DNA of 64,000 nucleotides from Eubacteriales bacterium (GCA_045654725.1 JAZONX010000030.1:5906-69905); one strand, 5' to 3'. Shown: positions 40,230 to 50,105, counted from the first letter of the stretch. Made by a program: numbers and translations. Notes: generated by a model not told the origin, from the sequence alone.

Positions 40230-40260
40230 ACCGACACCCCGAAACGGAGTGTCGGTTTTT
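40230..40260 (-). terminator. terminator of the hydrogenase operon
   Basis: ACCGACAC...GTGTCGGT GC-rich hairpin. Confidence 0.75.
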
Positions 40261-40265
40261 GTGTA

Positions 40266-42014
40266 TTAGAAGTTATATTTTTTTCTAGCAACGTAGGATG
40301 TGTGGAGAGCGTGATGTGCCGCGTGGCAACCGTATCCACCCTTGAAGTAATTATCATATACCTCTTTGATAACAGGGTTGAGGTGGGACTTTCTCATAGT
40401 CATAGCCTTATCCTGATCGTAGAGAGCCTTTGCACGAACACTCTTAAGATCAACAGTGTCACGAACGTGCTGAGGCTGAATAGGCTGACCACCGCCATTT
40501 ACGCAACCGCCGGGACAACCCATGATCTCAACGAAGGTCCAATCTGCCTCGCCGGAAGCAATCTTGTCCATAACGTGCTTGGCATTTGCGGCACCGGATG
40601 CAACACAAACCTTGATATCCATACCTGCGATATTGTAGGTCGCTTCCTTAAGGCCATCAGTACCACGAACCTCGTGGAACTCGATCTCGGAGTTATCCTT
40701 GCCGGTAAGAACGTCGTTTGCAGTACGGAGTGCAGCCTCCATAACACCACCGGTAGCACCAAAGATTACAGCTGCACCTGTATCTACACCGAGAGGACAA
40801 TCGAATTCCTCGTCGGGAAGGGAGGTAAACTTAATGCCTGCACGACCGATCATTCTTGCAAGCTCACGTGTGGTAAGAGCAACATCAACGTCAACAGTAC
40901 CTTTTGCGGCAGACATATCATCTCTGCCAACCTCAAACTTCTTTGCGGTACAAGGCATAATAGAAACTACGAAGATATCCTTAGGATCATATCCCATCTT
41001 CTCAGCCCAGTAGGTCTTGATAAGCGCGCCGCCCATCTGCTGAGGAGACTTGCAGGAAGAGAGGTGACCGATCATGTCGGGATAGTAGAACTCGCAGAAC
41101 TTAACCCATCCGGGAGAACAGGATGTGATCATAGGAAGTGTGCCGCCATTCTTAACTCTCTCAAGGAGCTCGGTTGCTTCTTCAACGATTGTGAAGTCTG
41201 CTGCGGTATTTGTGTCAAATACCTTCTCGAAACCAAGTCTGCGAAGCGCTGCAACCATCTTGCCCTCAACATTAGTTCCGATAGGCATATCGAAGCACTC
41301 GCCGAGGGTTGCTCTGATAGAGGGAGCAGTCTGAACAACAACGTGCTTTCCGGGGTCTGCAAGAGCAGCCCAAACCTTATCTGTGTCATCACGCTCTGTG
41401 AGAGCCGCGGTGGGACAAACAGCTGTACACTGACCGCAGGAAATACAGGGAGTTTCGTTAAGAGGAAGATTGAAGGGCTGACCGATGCAGGTATCAATAC
41501 CACGGTTGTTTGCACCGATAACAGCAACGTGCTGCTCCTCGCAAACCGCTACACATCTACGGCAGAGAACACACTTATTGTTGTCTCTAACGAGGTGAGG
41601 GGTGGAGAAGTCAAGCTCATAAGTAGGCTTGAAACCTTCAAAAGCGTGAGAGTCAACACCATATTCGAGGCAGAGCTTCTGAAGCTCGCAGTTAGTAGAT
41701 CTTGAGCAAGAGAGGCAGTTCATATCATGGGTAGAAAGAATAAGCTCGAGAGTTGTTTTTCTTGCCGCTCTTACCTTGGGAGAGTTGGTTTGAATTGCCA
41801 TACCTTCGGTAACAGGATAAACGCAGGCGGTAACAAGACCGCGAGCGCCGGTTGCTTCAACAACACAGATACGGCATGCGCCGATCTCGTTCTTTTCTTT
41901 CATATAGCAGAGGGTAGGGATCTCCACACCTGCTGTACGGGCAGCTTCAAGAATAGTAGCGCCCTTGGGTACGCTTACAGCGATACCGTTAACAGTTACA
42001 TTTAACATTTCCAT
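40266..42014 (-). CDS. hydA: group A3 [FeFe]-hydrogenase catalytic subunit (HydA/HndD)
   Basis: N-terminal 2Fe-2S, His-ligated and 2x4Fe-4S motifs; H-cluster TSCSPGW, MPCTAKKFE, EIMGCPGGCVNGGG. Confidence 0.95.
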   Translation of the reverse strand: MEMLNVTVNGIAVSVPKGATILEAARTAGVEIPTLCYMKEKNEIGACRICVVEATGARGLVTACVYPVTEGMAIQTNSPKVRAARKTTLELILSTHDMNCLSCSRSTNCELQKLCLEYGVDSHAFEGFKPTYELDFSTPHLVRDNNKCVLCRRCVAVCEEQHVAVIGANNRGIDTCIGQPFNLPLNETPCISCGQCTAVCPTAALTERDDTDKVWAALADPGKHVVVQTAPSIRATLGECFDMPIGTNVEGKMVAALRRLGFEKVFDTNTAADFTIVEEATELLERVKNGGTLPMITSCSPGWVKFCEFYYPDMIGHLSSCKSPQQMGGALIKTYWAEKMGYDPKDIFVVSIMPCTAKKFEVGRDDMSAAKGTVDVDVALTTRELARMIGRAGIKFTSLPDEEFDCPLGVDTGAAVIFGATGGVMEAALRTANDVLTGKDNSEIEFHEVRGTDGLKEATYNIAGMDIKVCVASGAANAKHVMDKIASGEADWTFVEIMGCPGGCVNGGGQPIQPQHVRDTVDLKSVRAKALYDQDKAMTMRKSHLNPVIKEVYDNYFKGGYGCHAAHHALHTSYVARKKYNF

Positions 42015-42032
42015 TTCAGCGTACTCCTTTCA

Positions 42033-43859
42033 TTATTTCTTAGAAATAGCGTTAAACTTACAACCTGTGATACAAGCACCGCACTTGATACACTTGGATA
42101 TATCTATAGTGTAGGAGGGAAGCTTGTGACCGGGAGCAACATAATCTGTCTTTGTGATGCAGTCGACAGGACAATTCTTCGCGCACTTACCGCAACCAAT
42201 ACACTTGTCTTGATCAACCACAAAGGAGAGAAGACTCTTACAAACACCGGCAGGACACTTCTTATCAACAACGTGAGCGATGTACTCATCGCGGAAGAAG
42301 TTAAGTGTAGCAAGAACGGGGTTGGGAGCAGTTTGTCCAAGACCACAAAGCGAGTTTGCTTTGATGTAGTTACAAAGGCTCTCAAGCCTGTCTATATCTT
42401 CAAGCGTGCCCTTACCGTCGGTAATCTTATCAAGAAGCTCAAGGAGACTCTTTGTACCAACACGACAAGGGGTGCACATACCGCAGGACTCGTCAACTGT
42501 GAACTCAAGGAAGAACTTTGCCATATCAACCATGCAGTTGTCTTCGTCCATAACGATAAGACCGCCTGATCCCATCATACAGCCGAGTGCAACAAGGTTA
42601 TCGTAGTCAACCTCGGTGTTAATAAGGCTTGCAGGAATACAACCACCGGAGGGACCACCTGTCTGGGCAGCCTTGAATTTCTTGCCACCGGGGATGCCGC
42701 CGCCAATTTCATTAATAATGGTGTCAAGAGTAACACCCATAGGGATCTCAACAAGACCTGTGTGCTGAATCTTACCACCAAGTGCAAATACCTTTGTACC
42801 CTTGGATCTCTCTGTACCCATAGAGGAGAACCACTCCGCACCGTTAAGAATGATCTGAGGAATGTTTGCAAATGTCTCTACGTTGTTTTCAACGGTAGGC
42901 TTGCCGAACAGACCCTTAACCGCGGGATAGGGAGGACGGGGACGAGGCTCACCACGGTTGCCCTCAATAGAGGTCATAAGTGCGGTTTCTTCACCGCATA
43001 CGAATGCACCTGCGCCAAGTTTTATCTCAAGGTCGAAATCAAATCCGGAGCCAAATATATTTTTACCAAGAAGACCGTATGCCTTGGCATCATCAATAGC
43101 CTTCTGAAGTCTGGTAACAGCGATAGGATATTCGGCTCTTACGTAGACGTAACCCTTAGTAGCACCAACTGCATATCCGCAAATAGTCATAGCCTCAATT
43201 ACGCAATGGGGATCGCCCTCAAGAATGGAACGGTCCATAAATGCACCGGGGTCACCTTCGTCTGCGTTACAAACTACGTACTTTTGGTCTGCCTTGTTTG
43301 GAGCGCAAAGAGCCCACTTACGACCGGTAGGGAAGCCACCGCCTCCTCTGCCACGAAGACCTGAATCGGAAACAACCTTGATAACATCCTCTGGAGTCAT
43401 CTCGGTAAGCACCTTTCCAAGTGCAGCATAGCCATCCATAGCTATGTATTCGTCAATGTTATCAGGGTCAATAACACCGCAGTTACGAAGTACTATTCTT
43501 TTCTGGGACTTGTAGAATTTTGTATCCGAAAGAGAAACGTTTTTAGCCTGCTCCTCTACGATACCTTCGGTTTCAGAATCGCTGTATACAAGACGTTCTA
43601 CTATTCTACCCTTGAGAAGATGCTCTTCAACAATCTCGTTAACGTCCTCGGGGGTAACTCTGCTGTAAAATGTTCCGTCGGGATATACGATTACGATAGG
43701 TCCGAGAGCGCAAAGACCAAAGCAACCGGTCTGAACCATCTTAATTTCTTCTGTAAGACCAAATTTTTCGAGGCTATTATTAAATGCCTCCTGGAGAGTC
43801 TTACTGCCGGAGGATGTACAACCTGTACCACCACAAATCAATACGTGTGCGCGAATCAC
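42033..43859 (-). CDS. hydB: NuoF-like flavoprotein subunit (HydB/HndC)
   Basis: GRGGGGFPTG, CNADEGDPGAFMDR, GEETAL, GGPSGG, C-terminal 2x4Fe-4S. Confidence 0.95.
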   Translation of the reverse strand: MIRAHVLICGGTGCTSSGSKTLQEAFNNSLEKFGLTEEIKMVQTGCFGLCALGPIVIVYPDGTFYSRVTPEDVNEIVEEHLLKGRIVERLVYSDSETEGIVEEQAKNVSLSDTKFYKSQKRIVLRNCGVIDPDNIDEYIAMDGYAALGKVLTEMTPEDVIKVVSDSGLRGRGGGGFPTGRKWALCAPNKADQKYVVCNADEGDPGAFMDRSILEGDPHCVIEAMTICGYAVGATKGYVYVRAEYPIAVTRLQKAIDDAKAYGLLGKNIFGSGFDFDLEIKLGAGAFVCGEETALMTSIEGNRGEPRPRPPYPAVKGLFGKPTVENNVETFANIPQIILNGAEWFSSMGTERSKGTKVFALGGKIQHTGLVEIPMGVTLDTIINEIGGGIPGGKKFKAAQTGGPSGGCIPASLINTEVDYDNLVALGCMMGSGGLIVMDEDNCMVDMAKFFLEFTVDESCGMCTPCRVGTKSLLELLDKITDGKGTLEDIDRLESLCNYIKANSLCGLGQTAPNPVLATLNFFRDEYIAHVVDKKCPAGVCKSLLSFVVDQDKCIGCGKCAKNCPVDCITKTDYVAPGHKLPSYTIDISKCIKCGACITGCKFNAISKK

Positions 43860-43874
43860 TTGTGCTACCTCCTG

Positions 43875-44243
43875 TTAATCAGCATCAGTGACGGTATATT
43901 CAGAAATGATTTTACCGCCCTTTAAATGCTTTTCTACGATTTCTTTTACCTTGTCGGCAGTCATATGGATATAAGTGACCTTATCCTTACCCGACTCATA
44001 TATCTCAACGATAGGCTCGAGCTGGCAGTAGCCAACACAACCTGTCTGGGAGACGGTAACCTTTTCATTGAGTCCTGCTTTGCTAACTTCTTCAACGAAT
44101 GCGTTGAGAACAGGACGAGCGCCTGCAGCAATACCGCACGTAGCCATACCAACTACAACACGAATATCACCGCTGCCTTCGCGAAGAGCAATTTTGCTCT
44201 TCATTTTTTCTTTGATAGCCTGAAGCTCAGCCAAAGATTTCAT
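43875..44243 (-). CDS. thioredoxin-like 2Fe-2S subunit (HydD/HndB)
   Basis: VGMATCGIAAGA, QTGCVGYCQLEP; start after GAAAGGA. Confidence 0.9.
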   Translation of the reverse strand: MKSLAELQAIKEKMKSKIALREGSGDIRVVVGMATCGIAAGARPVLNAFVEEVSKAGLNEKVTVSQTGCVGYCQLEPIVEIYESGKDKVTYIHMTADKVKEIVEKHLKGGKIISEYTVTDAD

Positions 44244-44283
44244 TTGTTTTGATTTTCCTTTCTCGGATATATTTATTAAATTA

Positions 44284-44835
44284 TTAATTAATACAACAGT
44301 ATTGACTTGACAAATTTTCTTTGATCCAAACGAGGACATCGAAGGTGTCAAGGGGAACATCATCTAATACCGTGCGAAGCTCTCTTGTATCGAGCGAAAC
44401 CTTCTTTGATCCAATATTATGAAGGAAAACAAAGTCGATATTCGGATGCCCCTGAACAAGAGTGACGATAGTAGAAATTATATCGCCAAGAGGTGTATAG
44501 TCGATGTGTGTTTTGTTGAAAATCGCGGTTATAGATGTGCCGTGATTTTCCTTATCTACGTCGATGTGTGTAGACGAAATTTTCAAATCTCCCCCGGTTT
44601 GCTCTGCAGCAAATCTGAAGAGAGGAATTCCCATTCCAACCGTACGGGTTGTCCTGGTCGTATAAAAAGGATCGGTAACCGATTGAAGCGTTTCCTCGCT
44701 CATACCGTATCCGTTATCTGTGATATTGATTGTTAAAGTATCGTCATCCTCAAAAATTGATATTGAAACCAAGTCTGCCTCGGCTTTTGTCGAGTTTTCG
44801 ACGATATCTAGTATATTAAGCGAAAGTTCTTTCAT
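44284..44835 (-). CDS. stand-alone HATPase_c (GHKL) protein
   Basis: ILDIVENS, DNGYG, DPFYTTR, GMGIP; no His-box domain. Confidence 0.88.
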   Translation of the reverse strand: MKELSLNILDIVENSTKAEADLVSISIFEDDDTLTINITDNGYGMSEETLQSVTDPFYTTRTTRTVGMGIPLFRFAAEQTGGDLKISSTHIDVDKENHGTSITAIFNKTHIDYTPLGDIISTIVTLVQGHPNIDFVFLHNIGSKKVSLDTRELRTVLDDVPLDTFDVLVWIKENLSSQYCCIN

Positions 44836-45566
44836 CGATCAAACCTCCGTAAATAATCAAATACTGCTTTGACAACCTGCGTGGGATTGGTATCTTCCAC
44901 TTCAAGCTCGAAATAGTGTTCGGCATCTTTGATTTGCGCAAGATAATGAGAATCAGAGCCAATGACAAATCTGTCCTCGGATATTCCATACATATCGGAG
45001 TAGGTCTTTACATTATCTTGATCTGCAAGCTCATAAACAGAGAATCCACAGTCAGGAAGAATTCCAAGCACGGCAATAATTCCGTTTGCTTCTCTATCGA
45101 TATGTGCGGGGTAGCAGAAGCCGTTAAATGACTTTACGAGAGAAACAACGTTATCAACCGATAAATCGGTAGCATTGATGAGAAGATGATCAATCTCACA
45201 AATTTCGTTATCGTCTTGATCAAGAACAGTCTGTCTGCCAAAAACTTCGGGTTTGTTCAAAAATTTAGTGCGATGTAAGTCAATATACTCGTCAAAATCC
45301 ATAGCATCTTGCAGATTTTCAAAGATACATACTACGTGGATATCCTCCGAAGTAGTTAGCTCCATTCCGGCTATGGGGATTATATTGTATTTTTTCGATG
45401 CTTCAAAAAATGCGGGACAGTTTTTGCAGGAATTATGGTCGGTGAGAGCAACAATATTTAGACCGCACAGATGTGCCATACCGGCAATATTGTTAGGTGT
45501 GTTGTCATCATCACCGCAAGGAGATAGACAGGAGTGAATGTGGAGATCGTAATAAAATTTACTCAA
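44832..45566 (-). CDS. PHP domain phosphoesterase
   Basis: DLHIHS, TDHN, GME, AHID, GSDSH. Confidence 0.9.
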   Translation of the reverse strand: MSKFYYDLHIHSCLSPCGDDDNTPNNIAGMAHLCGLNIVALTDHNSCKNCPAFFEASKKYNIIPIAGMELTTSEDIHVVCIFENLQDAMDFDEYIDLHRTKFLNKPEVFGRQTVLDQDDNEICEIDHLLINATDLSVDNVVSLVKSFNGFCYPAHIDREANGIIAVLGILPDCGFSVYELADQDNVKTYSDMYGISEDRFVIGSDSHYLAQIKDAEHYFELEVEDTNPTQVVKAVFDYLRRFDR

Positions 45567-45892
45567 TTTAGAACAGTATGAGCTTGTATTGCAGCATCAT
45601 AAGCAGAGAGAGAGGTTGATAAAACGTTTATTCCCTTTGCCGTGGCGGTATTGATTGTATTCTCGTCGAGAGTGACATCCTCCGCTAAAAGAATACAAGA
45701 GCATTCAACCAATGTTGCAACAGCTACGATATTGATGTTAGTCATTATTGTAATCCACAAATCCTGCGGATGGGCCTTTCCCATCACCCAACTAAGAAGG
45801 TCGCCAATATACACGCCCTTAATTTCCTTGTCAGGGGAGGGCATACATACAATCTTATAATCCGATTCCTTTGCAAAAACGTCTACGGTCAT
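45563..45892 (-). CDS. DRTGG domain protein
   Basis: YIGDLLSWVM, LWITIMTNINIVAVA. Confidence 0.85.
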   Translation of the reverse strand: MTVDVFAKESDYKIVCMPSPDKEIKGVYIGDLLSWVMGKAHPQDLWITIMTNINIVAVATLVECSCILLAEDVTLDENTINTATAKGINVLSTSLSAYDAAIQAHTVLN

Positions 45893-45893
45893 A

Positions 45894-47159
45894 TTAAGCC
45901 TTTCTATCCTTGTTCTGCCAGACTTCCTTGAGTCTGCAATCCTCGGGACAAGCGGTTTTTTTAATTACATCCTCGGCGAAAGCTCTGCACGTGGGAGCAC
46001 CACAAGATCCGCAATCGATACCGGGGAGAGTTTCTTTAAATTTTTGTATATCTGCCATCATTCTCATAGATTCGGCAATGTTTTTGCCAAGTCTTGTTAT
46101 CGGAGCATAGGCTGGTAATTCCTCGAAGAGGAAATCATCGGGGATATATTCTGAGTCTGTGGTAACGCTGTTTTGCGAAACGGGCATATACCTCCTGAGT
46201 GTAAGCAGTCGTGCCTTTGCGATGAATGGGTTTTGCATAGTAAGAACTCCACCAACGCAACCTCCGGCGCAGGCGTTTAACTCAATAAATTCGAGGGGCG
46301 GAATATTTCCGTTTTCAATCTGATCAAGAACGTGAATAACATTCTCAATACCGTCAGCGGCAAGATAATCGTCGTTAAAGAGGGCTGTTGCCTCTCCACC
46401 GCTTCTCGCCCAACCAATACCGATTTTGCCTGATTCCGAGAGATTTTCAATGGGATCATCCTTACTCATTGCATTTATAAGAAGAAAATAGATACTGCTA
46501 ATCGATACAACTCTGTCCACCTCGCTATTATAAGAGGCAAATCCGTTTTTTACGTAGCTTACCTTTGCAGGACAAGGTGTTATGAAGCAAACTCCAATCT
46601 CTTCGGGCTTAAGCTCGGGATGATTTTCGAGAGCTCTTTTTCTCGCAAGCTTTGCAGCAATCTCCATAGGGGGAAGCATATGTACGATATGTTCCTCAAG
46701 AGAAGGGAAGCGCAGAGAAATAAGTCGCATAATAACCGGACAAGCGGAGCTTATAGCAGGCTTTTGCACACCCTCGGTTTGAAGATATTTTCTAGTGTGC
46801 GCTGTAACAATTTCAGCAGCCTTGGATACTTCGAAAACCTCGTCAAAGCCGATTTTAAGCAATCCGTTCAGAACGTATTCAACATCATCAAGGTTGTCGA
46901 ACTGTCCATAAAGTGAAGGCGCAGGAAGGGCGATCTTCCATTTAAATTCATTCATAGATGAAAGCTGATCGCTAACAGCCTTCTTCGCGCCCTGCGGACA
47001 ATGTCTGATACATTCGCCGCAGTCAATACATCTATCCGGATTAATAACCGCCTTACCCGATTTAACTCTTATAGCTTCGGTAGGGCAATGTCTAATACAA
47101 GTGGTACAGCCTGTGCATTTGTCCTTGTCTAAAAGAACAGAATGATCATAGGACTTCAT
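45894..47159 (-). CDS. group D (putative sensory) [FeFe]-hydrogenase
   Basis: N-terminal 2x4Fe-4S; variant H-cluster motifs SSACP, TPCPAK, ELNACAGGCVGG; C-terminal CGSCGAPTC...C cluster. Confidence 0.87.
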   Translation of the reverse strand: MKSYDHSVLLDKDKCTGCTTCIRHCPTEAIRVKSGKAVINPDRCIDCGECIRHCPQGAKKAVSDQLSSMNEFKWKIALPAPSLYGQFDNLDDVEYVLNGLLKIGFDEVFEVSKAAEIVTAHTRKYLQTEGVQKPAISSACPVIMRLISLRFPSLEEHIVHMLPPMEIAAKLARKRALENHPELKPEEIGVCFITPCPAKVSYVKNGFASYNSEVDRVVSISSIYFLLINAMSKDDPIENLSESGKIGIGWARSGGEATALFNDDYLAADGIENVIHVLDQIENGNIPPLEFIELNACAGGCVGGVLTMQNPFIAKARLLTLRRYMPVSQNSVTTDSEYIPDDFLFEELPAYAPITRLGKNIAESMRMMADIQKFKETLPGIDCGSCGAPTCRAFAEDVIKKTACPEDCRLKEVWQNKDRKA

Positions 47160-47179
47160 CGCTTGTCCTCCTTATAACC

Positions 47180-47602
47180 TTATAACATTACTCGCATTAC
47201 GATACGTGTTCCAACGCCTACTTCAGACGTGATATGCATAGAGTCTGTGTTTTTTTTCATATTGGGTAGACCCATTCCTGCGCCAAAGCCTAAAGAACGT
47301 ATTGTTTCGGTAGCGGTGGAATATCCTGCCTGCATAGCTTTTTCTATGTCCTTAATGCCGGGGCCTTGGTCTACGAGAGAAATCTCGATGTATTCCTCTG
47401 TTACAATAACATCGGCTGTTCCGCCACCGGCGTGAATGACCATATTAATTTCGCCCTCGTACATTGCAATAGAAACGCGTCTGATTATCTCATTGTCGAA
47501 GCCGAGCTGTCTTAGGTTCTTTTTAACCTGAACAGATGCTTGACCCGCAGAGGTAAAATCATCCCCCGAAACCTCAAAATGAAAAATTAAGTTGTCGTTC
47601 AT
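47180..47602 (-). CDS. RsbT-like anti-sigma factor / Ser-Thr kinase
   Basis: DFTSAGQAS, YEGEINMVIH, DQGPGI, GAGMGLPN. Confidence 0.88.
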   Translation of the reverse strand: MNDNLIFHFEVSGDDFTSAGQASVQVKKNLRQLGFDNEIIRRVSIAMYEGEINMVIHAGGGTADVIVTEEYIEISLVDQGPGIKDIEKAMQAGYSTATETIRSLGFGAGMGLPNMKKNTDSMHITSEVGVGTRIVMRVML

Positions 47603-47955
47603 TTAGCAACCTCTCTCGAACCCAAAAGACCATTCTGGAAGAGAAGTCCACAGGAGGTATATAGAGGTTTTTCTGTGCTTAAAATCACTAATTCATGTTC
47701 CTTTGCGAGCTTAATGATATCTTCACCGGGAATCTTGGAGCGAACAAAAACTATGCAATTCATATCCATCATCAAGGCAGTTCTTACAACTTGAGGATTA
47801 ACTAAACCGGTGAGAAGAACCGCCTGGTCCTTTGCGAATGCAAGTACGTCGCTCATAAGATCGCAGCCACAAGCGGAGTAAACGTGTCTTCCAAGAAATT
47901 CCTCGCCACAGAGCACCTTTGCTTCAAGAAGCTCTTGCATTTTTGAAATTTTCAT
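47599..47955 (-). CDS. DRTGG domain protein
   Basis: ACGCDLMSDVL, LLTGLVNPQVVRTA. Confidence 0.87.
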   Translation of the reverse strand: MKISKMQELLEAKVLCGEEFLGRHVYSACGCDLMSDVLAFAKDQAVLLTGLVNPQVVRTALMMDMNCIVFVRSKIPGEDIIKLAKEHELVILSTEKPLYTSCGLLFQNGLLGSREVAK

Positions 47956-47983
47956 ATTATTGTTATCCTATACTTAAGATTTT

Positions 47984-48478
47984 TTAGTTGTATTTTTCGA
48001 GAATGCCTTTTACGTCATCGACGGTGAGTCTGCCGTAAACGTCCTCGTTTACTGTGAGAACAGGGGCAAGACCACACGCACCAATGCAACGCGAAGCAGT
48101 GAGGGAGAACTTTCTGTCGGCGGTACATTCGTCTGCACCAATGCCGAGAAGTTGCTGGAACTTATCAAAAATTAAGCCGGAGCCTTTGACATAGCAAGCT
48201 GTACCAAGGCATACGGCAATATGATTTTCGCCTTTAGGCGAAAGGGAAAACTGTGCGTAGAAGGTTGCAACGCCATAGACCTTTTCTAGAGGCACATCCA
48301 TTCCTTCGGCGATCTTATTCTGTACTTCAATTGGAAGATATCCGTAAATTCCCTGAGCCTCCTGCATTACAGCCATAATACGGCTTTTGTCGCCCTTGTA
48401 TTTCTCAATAACTCGAGCAAGCTGCTCTTCCTGTTCTTTAGTTCCTGCGAAGGGAATTGTAGAAAGTTTCTTCAGCAT
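47984..48478 (-). CDS. hydC: NuoE-like 2Fe-2S subunit (HydC/HndA)
   Basis: YGVATFY, CLGTACYVKG, CIGACGLAP. Confidence 0.93.
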   Translation of the reverse strand: MLKKLSTIPFAGTKEQEEQLARVIEKYKGDKSRIMAVMQEAQGIYGYLPIEVQNKIAEGMDVPLEKVYGVATFYAQFSLSPKGENHIAVCLGTACYVKGSGLIFDKFQQLLGIGADECTADRKFSLTASRCIGACGLAPVLTVNEDVYGRLTVDDVKGILEKYN

Positions 48479-48526
48479 AAATATTTCCTCCTATATGTGT
48501 GCGTTTGTGCGCATCAAATCTTTGAT

Positions 48527-48555
48527 ATTATATCATACGAAAAATAAAAAATCAA
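48527..48555 (-). promoter_or_regulatory. sigma-A promoter of the hydrogenase operon
   Basis: TTGATT-17nt-TATAAT with extended TG on the minus strand. Confidence 0.75.
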
Positions 48556-48617
48556 TAGGATATTAGAAGAAACTTGTTAAAAAAATGTCAAAATTGTGAA
48601 CTAAATTCATAAACTAA

Positions 48618-49457
48618 TCAAGTATCACAAAATGCAGAAAAATCATCGTACAGTTTTGTACATAATGCGCATGAGAGATTAGCGTCATTAGAACCTACAT
48701 TGAAATTATCTATGAGTGAAACCCTTCGGCAAAGTTTTGTAGTGCTTGTGACAAGGATTTCATCTGCACAAATCAGCTCTTGAAATGTAAAAGGCCTCTC
48801 AATAACATCTATTTTTTCCTCGTGGCAAATTTTCAGCAAATGCTCTCGAGCAATACCGGGGAGGATTTTGTTGTCTTTAGGGTGTGTGATGATTCTGCCT
48901 TGTTTTATTATCGAGATATTCGATTTTGTGCACTCTGTTACAAATCCATTGTTTATAAAAACGGCCTCGTCAAAGCCCATCTTTTCCGCTTTTGTTGCAG
49001 ATATAACTGCGGGTATAAGGTTGACGGTCTTTATATCGCAATATCCATATCGTAAGTCGGGCATTGAAATGAGTTTCATTGGAGGAGGATTTTTAGGAAT
49101 TTTGATAGGATCAACGGTAATTAACAAATTAGCACCGCATCCTCTTGCCGAATGATTTCTATCTGCTAAATTTCTCGATAATTGACAATACATTAGATAT
49201 GTTTTCATGCCCGATTTAACACCGATCTCATGCATTAAGGATGATAAAAACGTCTTAGAATATTTATGCCTAATTCCAATCTTTTTTGCATTTAGCAAAA
49301 ATCGATCAAGATGATCGTTTTCCCAGTGTATTCTATCATAAGAGCCGATCATAGCGTCGTAAACAGCATCTCCAAAATAAATCGATCTATCCGAAAGTGG
49401 TATCTTAACGTTTTCCTTCTTATCGAATATACCGTTGTAGTAAGCGTAAGAATCCAT
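48618..49457 (-). CDS. class IV PLP aminotransferase (D-amino-acid aminotransferase-like)
   Basis: DRSIYFGDAVY, DIKTVNL (PLP Lys), ILPGIAR, DEILVTST. Confidence 0.85.
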   Translation of the reverse strand: MDSYAYYNGIFDKKENVKIPLSDRSIYFGDAVYDAMIGSYDRIHWENDHLDRFLLNAKKIGIRHKYSKTFLSSLMHEIGVKSGMKTYLMYCQLSRNLADRNHSARGCGANLLITVDPIKIPKNPPPMKLISMPDLRYGYCDIKTVNLIPAVISATKAEKMGFDEAVFINNGFVTECTKSNISIIKQGRIITHPKDNKILPGIAREHLLKICHEEKIDVIERPFTFQELICADEILVTSTTKLCRRVSLIDNFNVGSNDANLSCALCTKLYDDFSAFCDT

Positions 49458-49556
49458 ATTTTACTCCTTTCAATTACCTTGACAGTATATTCCTTTGGAA
49501 TCTTTGCGTTAAAAAAGAGGACACTGCAAAAAAACAATATCCTCTAAAGTATTAAG

Positions 49557-50105
49557 TTAGTCAAAATTCTTTTTGATTATAACGTTACCTTTAATGTCCT
49601 TAATTGTAAAGCATCTACTATCGTAAATAATATAAGACCTGGGATTGTTTTCTTTGGGAATTGAGATAGAACCCGGATTAAGATAAATGTTACTGTTGCC
49701 AAATTCCTCGCACTTCAGAACGTGAGTGTGTCCGTGAAGAAGAATTTCATCTGCCTTGAGTGAGGGCGGGGTGCTTAAATTATAATGATGACCGTGTGTC
49801 GCGAAGACAGAAAGGCCGTCGAGTGATAGTTTTGTGTAATCGGACATAATAGAGAAATTTAGTACCATCTGATCAACCTCGGCATCACAATTTCCTTTAA
49901 CAGCAATTATTTTATCAGCGTATGAGTTTAGAAGCTCGATGACGCGCTTTGGAGCGTAGGTCGGAGGAAGATCGTTACGAGGACCGTGATAAAGGATATC
50001 TCCAAGCAGTAGAATGCTATCACATCCTTCGTTTTCATAAGCGTCGATTATAGCTTTTGCGCCATCAAAATCACCGTGTATATCCGATGCAATCAGTATT
50101 TTCAT
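49557..50105 (-). CDS. yfcE: metallophosphodiesterase YfcE
   Basis: SDIHG, GDILYHGPRN, GNCDAEVDQM, GHTH, NPGS. Confidence 0.93.
   Translation of the reverse strand: MKILIASDIHGDFDGAKAIIDAYENEGCDSILLLGDILYHGPRNDLPPTYAPKRVIELLNSYADKIIAVKGNCDAEVDQMVLNFSIMSDYTKLSLDGLSVFATHGHHYNLSTPPSLKADEILLHGHTHVLKCEEFGNSNIYLNPGSISIPKENNPRSYIIYDSRCFTIKDIKGNVIIKKNFD

Noticed and set aside
41107-41127. HydA P1 motif TSCSPGW instead of TSCCPGW
   Set aside because: Recalled as a common variant in clostridial multimeric hydrogenases; not evidence of inactivation or novelty.
40302-41705. 467-aa ORF antisense to hydA
   Set aside because: Shadow frame of a strongly codon-biased gene; no RBS or recognisable motifs. 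The same applies to antisense ORFs over hydB, mutS, lon and ecfA2.
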